A stretch of DNA of 64,000 bases. Origin: Promethearchaeota archaeon. GTDB lineage: Archaea; Asgardarchaeota; Lokiarchaeia; Sigyniarchaeales; SOKP01. The translations under genes were made by a program, and so were the position numbers. Shown here in pieces: positions 1 to 7,957 of the stretch; the first letter of the stretch is position 1; every line of letters begins with the position of its first letter. Under the pieces are notes generated by a model. That model was not told where the DNA came from and did not search any database. It saw only the letters and a list, made by a program, of their open reading frames with translations. The stretch lies in contig JBHLOY010000010.1 in NCBI GenBank assembly GCA_048939995.1, positions 81,887-145,886 of the forward strand, read 5' to 3'.

Positions 1-2
1 GC

Positions 3-134
3 ATATTTTTAGGAGAATATAAAGTTTATCAATGCGAAAAATGTGGAGCTTATTATCATGAACCTTGTTTAGAAAAAGTCACAAAGGAACTCAGGGGATG
101 TAGGAACTGTGGCGCTCAAATTATTAACTATTAA
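3..134 (+). CDS. 3' end of a RING/PHD-like zinc-finger protein (truncated by window edge)
   Basis: Manual translation of frame 3: IFLGEYKVYQCEKCGAYYHEPCLEKVTKELRGCRNCGAQIINY*; CxxC..HxxC..CxxC spacing. Confidence 0.65.
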   Translation: MFLGEYKVYQCEKCGAYYHEPCLEKVTKELRGCRNCGAQIINY

Positions 135-215
135 AAAGTAAATTTAAAAGAAAGAATGCTTTTTATTAAGCATATTAAAGCTAATTAATGTTTTTATCTT
201 AACGAGTCAAAATCG

Positions 216-2305
216 GTGATTAATTTAAGCAAAGCTCATAAACATAAGTGGATCATTACTAGTGCTTGGCCTTATGTGAACGCAAATATTTCTTGAGAGC
301 TTTAAGAATTAGCGTACTTCCACATCTAGGCAACTTAATAGGAAGCACATTATCAGCAGATGTATTTGCTCGCTTTCTACGAATGAAGGGAGATGAAGTA
401 TTATTTGTATCTGGTTCAGATATGCATGGAACTCCCGTAGCAGTGGAAGCTAAAAAAACAGGTGTTTCAGTAGAAGAATTAGCTATAAAAAATCACAATA
501 AAATTAAGGAATTGCATAAAAAATGGAAAATTTCATTTGATAATTACACTCAAACGCATAATCCTACACATATCGAATTTGTGCAGAAATTTTATTTAGA
601 TATCCAAAAAAACGGATATATCTTAGAAAAAGATATAGAATCCCTTTATTGTGAAAAAGATAACCTTTTTCTTCCTGATAGGTTTGTAGAGGGGATTTGC
701 CCTCACTGTGGAGCTGAGAAAGCGAGAGGGGATCAATGTGACAATTGCCAGAAGTTATTGACACCTCTCGAGCTTAAAGAATCGTACTGTTCGATATGTG
801 GCGCAAAACCTATACTTCGAAAAACTAAACATTGGTATATGGATTTTCCTAGGCTTCAAAATCAATTGAAGAAATTAATTGAAAAAAATGAAATTATCCC
901 TCAAAATGCTCGGCAAATGTGCTTAAACAGTATCGAGGAAGGTCTTCCTGAAAGAGCCATTACGCGAGATTTAGAATGGGGTATTCCCGCACCGTTTAAA
1001 GGAGCTGAAGGAAAAACGATATATGTATGGTTTGAGGCTGTGTTAGGTTATGTTAGTGCTTGTTTAGAATGGGCTGACAAGCTAAAAAATCAACCAAAAA
1101 AATTTGATTACTTTTGGAAAGATAAAAATACCAAATCGGTTTATTTTATAGGGAAGGATAATATCATCTTCCATTTAATTGTGTTTCCAGGACTCCTAAT
1201 GGCATATAATGCCGATAAAAAGGATTCTGATAAATTAGTTCTTCCATATAACGTCTCTTCTACAGAATGGTTAATGCATGAAAATGAGAAATTTTCAAAA
1301 TCTAGAGGAATAGGGATTTGGATTGATGAGGCGTTAGACCTGGCACCATTGGATTATTGGAGATTCAATTTAGTTTATAATCGTCCGGAATCAAGTGATA
1401 CCTCATTTTTATGGTCTGAATTTGAAAATAACATTAAGACTTTAAATGATAACATAGGAAATTTCATTCATAGGACATTAACCTTTATTGATAAACAATT
1501 CAATAAGATCATTCCAGAGAAAGTTGAATATGACAAAGTAGATAAGATTTTTGTTGAAAAAATCAATAGAATAGGCGTTGATGTCGGAAAAAGCTTAGAT
1601 AATTTTAGTTTACGTAAGGCAATACGAGATGTTGTGAGTTTTGGAAAAGAAGGAAATGTTTATTTAAACGAAAAGGCACCATGGCATTTAATAAAGAAAG
1701 ATAAAAAAAAAGCGGGACATGTATTTAATATATGCGCTCAAGCGGTATATGCTTTGGCAGTTCTTTTAAGCCCATTTACTCCTGGGACAGCAAACAAAAT
1801 TATTTCATTTTTGAATGATCCTAAATTATCCGAATCATCTTGGGATAGTATTAATGAAAATGCTGTCAGTGCAGGAGTTAAAATTAAAAGTCCAGAGCCA
1901 ATTTTTCAAAAATTAGATATTGAAGAAATAAAGAATAATTTAAATAAAATCAGAGAAGAAAAGCAAAAGGGAGGAAAAATTGAATTGATATCTTATGATT
2001 ATTTTAAAAAGTTGGATATTAGAGTCGCAAAAATAGAATCTATTGAGAAGGTACCTAAAGCAGATAAACTATATAAATTAGGAATCGATATTGGGAATGA
2101 GAAAAGGACACTCGTAGCAGGTTTAGCGGAACACTATAAAATAGATGAGCTAATTAATAAAAAAATTATAGTGCTAACAAACTTAGAGCCAAGAAAATTA
2201 CGAGGAATTCAAAGTGAAGGAATGCTGCTTGCTGCTGTGGATAATGAAAAGGTATCTATTTTAATACCAGACAAAGAAATTGAGATCGGGGCAAAAGTAG
2301 AATAA
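216..2305 (+). CDS. metG: Methionine--tRNA ligase, intron-containing: join(216..285,318..2305), 685 aa, with C-terminal tRNA-binding OB domain
   Basis: Exon 1 from GTG 216 gives ...KWIITSAWPYVNA; exon 2 gives PHLGN (HIGH), GSDMHG, Zn-knuckle CxxC motifs, YVWFEA, GKDN, KFSKS (KMSKS) and a Trbp-like C-terminus (LDIRVAKI...SEGMLL). The ORF-track start at 266 is an artefact of the intron. Confidence 0.95.
286..317 (+). other. Predicted 32-nt archaeal bulge-helix-bulge (BHB) intron in metG mRNA
   Basis: Central helix ACGC(280-283)/GCGT(312-315); 3-nt bulges AAA(284-286) and ACT(316-318); inner stem TATTTCTTGAG/TTTAAGAATTA; outer exon stem ATGTGA/TC(C)ACAT. Cutting after the 2nd nt of each bulge gives in-frame GCA-ATT-CCA-CAT. 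Confidence 0.88.
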
Positions 2306-2307
2306 AT

Positions 2308-3552
2308 CTATAATTTTAAAGAAAATACTGGATTTAAGCGGGCTATAACTTCTCCTAGATCTAGTTGTAGCATTTTTAAGATTACGTCTCTTCCTCGATA
2401 TTCAAATTGTAATTCTTTAACATTCTTAATTATTTTTAATTTATTACGATCTTTTACTAACTCACACACAAAATATCTCTGGTCATTGTATTCCAATATT
2501 TTTTTCACATTTTGAATATCTGGCAAATTATAGCCTCCTCCATGTGCTAAAATATCTACATTTCTCAATAATTCCAATAATTCCAATTTTACCGCTCTTT
2601 TTAAAAAATTATTATTTTTTAAGGTTATCTCTGAAAGATTTTTCTGTCCCATAAATAGATAACAAGCCATATCTGCTCTAAGAGCGGTAGGAAAAACATT
2701 GGAGGTGATATACTTACAATTGAGATCAGTACAATTACTCCCTAAATACATATTATTATAATCTTTTAAAAACTGGTGTGGTTGATTGCAAATTATTTGA
2801 AAATCATTACCAAATAGATGATTTGCAATGAGTAATCTTTTTCTGCTTGAAAAATTCAGAGCTTTTTTATTAAAATCTAAGTACTCATCAGCCTCAGAAT
2901 CAATAAGGATATATTGTTTTCCAAAAATGGTATTCTCTTCTAATGCATGTTCTTTTAATGTTTTAGATTGATCAATATACAAACCAATTCCATGTTTATC
3001 ATCTCTGAATTCTGGAGCAGAACCATGTATAAAAAAAGTATATGGTGGAAAATCAATATCAGTTAGATTTTTAGTTTTAAAACAATTAATGAAATGGTTT
3101 GAGATCCCATAGTCCCAATTAATTAGAATGTCTTTATAATATAATTCTGTGGATTTTATTTCATCAATCTTCTTAATAAGATCATAGGGGTCTGGTAGTT
3201 CATATAATCCTCCACATAATATACCACAACAATTAGGTTTTATATTTAGAAAAATTAATTTTTCATTTCCAGATCCCCAATTTAATCTACCGCCATATCC
3301 GAGACCAGAATTCCATCTGAAATTATTTTTTGATATTGTTTCATCTGGAGAGGAGATAAATGCTGCTTTAGGTTCAAACCCATATTTTTCTTGAATAAGT
3401 TGAAATTGAGCAAGTCCATACTTCATATTAGCTCTACATAGTTTTGAAGCGCCATCATTTAAACCAGTTGAAAAAATAAACTTTTCTGCTCTACTTAGTA
3501 ACTCAACTTTATCCATTTGAGATAAATTCTCAGAAATACTAGAGGTCGCCAT
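2308..3552 (-). CDS. Divergent RtcB-family RNA ligase
   Basis: RtcB motifs in order: SPD, NCCG, SNHF, IHGS, EYL..ALNF..KR, PHQ, AHGGG, EYR..V..VIARLNPV..LK. Confidence 0.75.
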   Translation of the reverse strand: MATSSISENLSQMDKVELLSRAEKFIFSTGLNDGASKLCRANMKYGLAQFQLIQEKYGFEPKAAFISSPDETISKNNFRWNSGLGYGGRLNWGSGNEKLIFLNIKPNCCGILCGGLYELPDPYDLIKKIDEIKSTELYYKDILINWDYGISNHFINCFKTKNLTDIDFPPYTFFIHGSAPEFRDDKHGIGLYIDQSKTLKEHALEENTIFGKQYILIDSEADEYLDFNKKALNFSSRKRLLIANHLFGNDFQIICNQPHQFLKDYNNMYLGSNCTDLNCKYITSNVFPTALRADMACYLFMGQKNLSEITLKNNNFLKRAVKLELLELLRNVDILAHGGGYNLPDIQNVKKILEYNDQRYFVCELVKDRNKLKIIKNVKELQFEYRGRDVILKMLQLDLGEVIARLNPVFSLKL

Positions 3553-3575
3553 AGAATACGAAAATTTCTTCTTAT

Positions 3576-3605
3576 TAAACCTAAATTATATAAACCTAAA
3601 TTATA
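3576..3605. repeat. Perfect tandem 15-bp direct repeat TAAACCTAAATTATA x2 upstream of the rtcB-like gene
   Basis: 3576-3590 and 3591-3605 are identical. Confidence 0.8.
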
Positions 3606-3692
3606 ATAATTATTTCGTTGATATATAATATTAATGCATGTTAGTTTCAAATTTAATCATATGATCTATTAAATATTACTCTGCAAAACACT

Positions 3693-4310
3693 ATGAATAT
3701 TCTATACGATTCATTAAAAAGAATAAAAATGAATGGAGATTTTGAAGGTTCGATCATTACTAAATGTAATGACAAACCTAATTCATTAATTTTCTCAGAC
3801 AATATGAAAGTTACAGATAATGAAGGGATATTCATAACAAAAGGTTTAAAAGTCGGCTTTGAAAAGGCTTACAATAAAAGGTCTGCCTACTCAAAAGTAA
3901 TGGATTTTCACTGGAATGAAAACCTATCAAGAATTCAATACTGTGTCCAAATCCCTGAGGATATAATGCATCTCTATTCCGAAGGTCAGTTTTCGGATAC
4001 TTTTCCTTACACATTGACTCTTCTTCATACCGCAGCATTATTTTTAGATGATTATGAGTCAAAGATTAATCATTTGGAATTTTTCAAAGGTGAAATACTT
4101 AAAAATCCCATTTGCCTTATAATGAATGGAATTTTAATTGCTGATAGAGTTGTTATTAATCATAGAGGAGATCCAGTTTTTTATGATTGTCTAATTATCG
4201 GAAGGGATAAAAATGATGATTTAAAAATAAGCTATGAGCCTTTAACAAATGTTGATGATAAAGTAGTCAAATACATAATAATCCTCGGTATTGAAGAATT
4301 AAGAATTTAA
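3693..4310 (+). CDS. Hypothetical protein
   Basis: 205-aa ORF 4 nt upstream of the ATPase gene; no recognised motif. Confidence 0.7.
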   Translation: MNILYDSLKRIKMNGDFEGSIITKCNDKPNSLIFSDNMKVTDNEGIFITKGLKVGFEKAYNKRSAYSKVMDFHWNENLSRIQYCVQIPEDIMHLYSEGQFSDTFPYTLTLLHTAALFLDDYESKINHLEFFKGEILKNPICLIMNGILIADRVVINHRGDPVFYDCLIIGRDKNDDLKISYEPLTNVDDKVVKYIIILGIEELRI

Positions 4311-4314
4311 AGCG

Positions 4315-5556
4315 TTGTTTATGTTATTATTTGAAGATAAAAAACGGATGGTCCTCAATTTCTTAAAGACAGGGATAAATCCCTTTGAAAAGTTTGTAAG
4401 TACTGGTGAAATTAGAGAAGATTTAAGTTTGGTTAATTCCAGAAAAGACTTATTAGAATCAATTATCAATGTTATAGAAAAAAAGAAAAACTTCATTTTA
4501 CCTATAATTGGTGATGTAGGAATTGGAAAAACCCATTTATATTGGGCTTTAAAAAATAGTCTTTACTACTTCAATACGATTCATATTTCACTTGAAAAGG
4601 TATATAAGAAATTCTTTTATAATACTTATTCAGAATTCATTGAAACGATTGAAGTTGAACCATTGCGAAACATTATTAATCAACTTTGTAATAGCTGGGG
4701 GGCATTAAAAAGAAAATATGGATTCTTTCATGTTGCAGACCTCGAAAAAGTGAAAAGAGAAGCATATGAAAAATTAAATGAAAATTTTTCTGCAGATGAG
4801 AAATTAGCATTATTTGATGTAATCACAGGTATAACCACACATCAACTAGATCCTTATAAAAGAATTGAAGCGGAAAGATGGTTATTAGGCGAACTGATGA
4901 ATGTAAGAGAGTTAGCTCACCTTAATCTAAAATCTGATCTAAGCAAAAGCAAACATGCTTATATAATGCTCAAAATACTAATTGAAAATTCGAAGTTAGG
5001 TACAGTTTTATTTATTGATGATTTTGAGAAGATTATTTCAATCCCAAAGTTATTGGGAGCAGATGATGATGAGGATGAGGTTTTTGACAGAAGTTGGCTC
5101 TATGGTAAGAAACAATCACCCGATGAGTTTGTAACACAAAAAGTTCTCGAGAAAATTCTTAAATTACAAAGAATCGAAGATCTACGTATATTAATTGTTT
5201 TAAGATCACTCGAATCATTAGAACAAGTTAAAAAAAAGATAAAGAAAGCTAAAACTCCTTTGACTTTGGAATTCCTAGAACCATTTCGACTACAAAATTT
5301 TACTAGGGAAGATATTGATGAATTTTATCTAAAGACTATGGAGATCTTCCTTCAAAATTTTAATTATTTACATTTTTATGATGACTTCCCAAATTCTATC
5401 TTTCCTTTAACTGAAGATATTTTAGAAACCATCTATTCCAAAACAAAAGGTAATCCAAGGGGAATATCCAAATTTCTCATAAAAATTTTCAATGATATTA
5501 TTTCTTCTCATGAAGGACTGAATATAATCTTACAAAATTATAAAGATTCTAATTAG
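4315..5556 (+). CDS. P-loop (AAA+/BrxD-DUF2791-like) ATPase
   Basis: Walker A GDVGIGKT, Walker B VLFIDD, C-terminal GNPR sensor; AERWLLGE resembles the BrxD family. Confidence 0.7.
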   Translation: MFMLLFEDKKRMVLNFLKTGINPFEKFVSTGEIREDLSLVNSRKDLLESIINVIEKKKNFILPIIGDVGIGKTHLYWALKNSLYYFNTIHISLEKVYKKFFYNTYSEFIETIEVEPLRNIINQLCNSWGALKRKYGFFHVADLEKVKREAYEKLNENFSADEKLALFDVITGITTHQLDPYKRIEAERWLLGELMNVRELAHLNLKSDLSKSKHAYIMLKILIENSKLGTVLFIDDFEKIISIPKLLGADDDEDEVFDRSWLYGKKQSPDEFVTQKVLEKILKLQRIEDLRILIVLRSLESLEQVKKKIKKAKTPLTLEFLEPFRLQNFTREDIDEFYLKTMEIFLQNFNYLHFYDDFPNSIFPLTEDILETIYSKTKGNPRGISKFLIKIFNDIISSHEGLNIILQNYKDSN

Positions 5557-5560
5557 GAAT

Positions 5561-6295
5561 TCACTTTCTATTTAAAAGTATTCTTTGAAAAGATTCTATC
5601 TCTTTTACGAATAAATTTTGATATTCATCTATCCAATCAGCCTTCAATACTTTTTCTTTAAAGGTCTCCAAACTAGTTATAAAATCAAAATATTCAATTA
5701 AGAGAGTTCTAAATGAGTTTTTTGTTAATAATGTGTAATTTCTATTGGTATTTAATATATTAAATAAAGCGATCTCATCCTTAATATGATTCTTTAATAC
5801 TCGAATACTGTACTCAACAATTTCTAAATTGCTGACATCAATTACTTTAATTATGTTTTTAATAATGATATTTGGTACATGCTTTAACCTTCTTAGGAGT
5901 TTTAATGCATTCATTTTAGTAGGGATATAATCTTCAAGTACAGCATAAGCTAATATAGTATAAATCTCACTTGAAACCTCATGTTTATCAACAATTTTCC
6001 CTAGACTTTGAATAATTTCATTTCTAATCCATCGATCAGAATCAAAATAAGACTTTATCAAATATTCTATATACTTACTTTCAAGAATATTATTCTCTCC
6101 GATTTCGCCTATAAGATAAATTAGGTTTAACTTAACTTTCTCTAAAAGTGAACCTTTTGCGTTTTCAATAAGATAATCAAAGTAAATTAAATCTTCTCTT
6201 TTGGCCCTTCTACTTGCTTCAATCAAAAGATTATTAATTGAATCAAAATCCTCATTTTTTATAGATTCTAAGAAGAAATTGTGTTTTTCTAGCAA
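5561..6295 (-). CDS. HEAT-repeat protein
   Basis: DSDRWIRNEIIQSLGKI and similar helical repeats. Confidence 0.6.
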   Translation of the reverse strand: MLEKHNFFLESIKNEDFDSINNLLIEASRRAKREDLIYFDYLIENAKGSLLEKVKLNLIYLIGEIGENNILESKYIEYLIKSYFDSDRWIRNEIIQSLGKIVDKHEVSSEIYTILAYAVLEDYIPTKMNALKLLRRLKHVPNIIIKNIIKVIDVSNLEIVEYSIRVLKNHIKDEIALFNILNTNRNYTLLTKNSFRTLLIEYFDFITSLETFKEKVLKADWIDEYQNLFVKEIESFQRILLNRK

Positions 6296-6419
6296 AATTT
6301 ATCTTTTTTAATTAGGATTAATTTATATTGGAGAAAATTATTCTATAAGATTTAAATATGCTTTAATAAATATTAAAAAAATTGACCAAACAAATTTAAA
6401 TATTTAAATCTCCATTTGA

Positions 6420-6713
6420 TTTACAAATTTCATATCTTACAATACTGCTAACTTTAATAATCTTGGAGTTTATTTGGATGCGAGTAATGACAATTTTATC
6501 TTGTATAATAACGTAGCAAGCAATATAGTTTGCTTCAATGAAACTGGAGGTACGGGAAATATATTCGAGGGGAATACATGTATTGCTATTGCACCTGCTA
6601 TGGATCCTTTTGTACTTGGACTTATTATAGGTCTAGTAGTTGCTGGAGGAGCTTTCGGAATTGCGATTGGTGCAACTTTTTTTATCAGAAAAAAAAAAAG
6701 AACTAAAGAATAA
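6420..6713 (+). pseudogene. 3' remnant of a parallel beta-helix (NosD/CASH-like) surface protein with C-terminal membrane anchor
   Basis: Frame open from 6420 (stop at 6417): NFISYNTANFNNLGVYLDASNDNFILYNNVASN beta-helix repeats, then a TM helix and RKKKR; no signal peptide or N-terminal part. Confidence 0.55.
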
Positions 6714-6752
6714 ATTCGAAATTTAAATTTTCATTTTTTTCTTAATAAATTT

Positions 6753-7328
6753 TTAGCTTTCATAACCAATTGGTATAATATATAGAGGCTCAATATCCTT
6801 TGGAAGACTTAAAACTTGCTTGACACTTTCATCGTTATAGGCTCCAATTGGTACAGAGGCTAAACCTAAAGCAACTGCTTGTAAATGTATATTCTGAGCA
6901 CAATGCCCCACTTCAATTAAAACATATCTTACTCCTCTTTTGCCGTATACTTGAGTAGTTCTTGAAAATCGAGCGCAGATGATTATGTTAACATAAGCCT
7001 CTGCTATAAAATATTGGTCTAAAGATGCCTGAACTAATTTTTTAATTAAAAAGTTATCAGTTAACATTTCTAACATATGCTTTTCAATATTATAATGGAA
7101 AAGACCTTTATCTCTCAAAGTAACATAAATTTCTAACGGATATGTTGCTCCTGCTGAGGGAATAGTTCTCTTTGTACCCTTCTTTCCCTGTGCTGCCCAT
7201 AATATTTGAGAAATTTTCTCTATTTCGATCTCTTTGCTTCTAAATCTCCTTATACTTTCTCTCTCATAAATAGATCTTTCAAGACTAACAGTACCATCGA
7301 GTTTTGGAGATGGAAGTGTGATATTCAT
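6753..7328 (-). CDS. SagB/ThcOx-type nitroreductase family protein
   Basis: RESIRRF, PSAGATYPLE, EVGHCAQN motifs. Confidence 0.9.
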   Translation of the reverse strand: MNITLPSPKLDGTVSLERSIYERESIRRFRSKEIEIEKISQILWAAQGKKGTKRTIPSAGATYPLEIYVTLRDKGLFHYNIEKHMLEMLTDNFLIKKLVQASLDQYFIAEAYVNIIICARFSRTTQVYGKRGVRYVLIEVGHCAQNIHLQAVALGLASVPIGAYNDESVKQVLSLPKDIEPLYIIPIGYES

Positions 7329-7401
7329 TTTTAATAAGGAATTATTAATTATTTCTATGATAATAAATGTATTTTATTCTAATAAACTAATTAATATTCT
7401 T

Positions 7402-7764
7402 ATGAGCTCAAAATTAAATTTAGAAAAATTATTCAAAGAATGGAATGAGTTAAACTCTTCTGCTGAAGAATCTTTCGGACAATTCAATTTCTCAAAAATT
7501 AAGGAGATTAGGGCAAAGCAGAAAAAACTTGAGGATACAATATATGAAATACTGATACAAAATGCTCCAGATGAATTTAAAGCTTTATTACCAGATGACT
7601 GCGGTCAATTGGAAGTAGGTTATGATACAGAAGGAGATATTTTTTATTTTGTAATGATGGACCCAAATCTAAATGGTGAAGATGCAATTAAACTAATTGC
7701 TTTCACTATTGATATTGAAAAAAATGTGAATCGTATTAATGATTTCAAAATAGAAGATTCTTGA
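7402..7764 (+). CDS. Hypothetical protein (ATG 7402 more likely than GTG 7318)
   Basis: ORF track 7318..7764; the upstream part overlaps the divergent gene and an AT-rich promoter. Confidence 0.7.
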   Translation: MSSKLNLEKLFKEWNELNSSAEESFGQFNFSKIKEIRAKQKKLEDTIYEILIQNAPDEFKALLPDDCGQLEVGYDTEGDIFYFVMMDPNLNGEDAIKLIAFTIDIEKNVNRINDFKIEDS

Positions 7765-7766
7765 TT

Positions 7767-7919
7767 TTTGGTCGGAGATATAGGATTCACAGTGCAAAGC
7801 ATGATATTCTTAATCATTTTATATCATGATCCTACTTTAGATGTGATCCAACAAATTTTTTCACTGACTTGTTGGAAATTATTATCTGTATTCTATTAAT
7901 TATCCAATTTCTGATCGAA
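7767..7919 (+). ncRNA. Candidate structured RNA (multibranch with pseudoknot), family unknown
   Basis: 13-bp closing stem with 4 G-U pairs, two internal hairpins, and CAGTG/CACTG bulge-loop complementarity. Confidence 0.45.
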
Positions 7920-7957
7920 TACTTCAAAAATAAAAAAAATAGAATAAATATACAAAT

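Noticed and set aside
266-317. ORF-track metG start at TTG 266 (MALCERKYF...)
   Set aside because: Lacks the conserved TSAWPYxN strand, which is encoded in another frame from GTG 216; explained by the intron.
280-320. Ribosomal frameshift or single-base sequencing error in metG
   Set aside because: A simple frameshift would leave ~10 extra residues just before the HIGH motif; only removal of 32 nt restores the spacing.
7762-7900. TGA readthrough (selenocysteine) with a downstream SECIS
   Set aside because: The TGA is not in a redox-motif context, the extension looks non-coding, and the structure is not a simple SECIS stem-loop.
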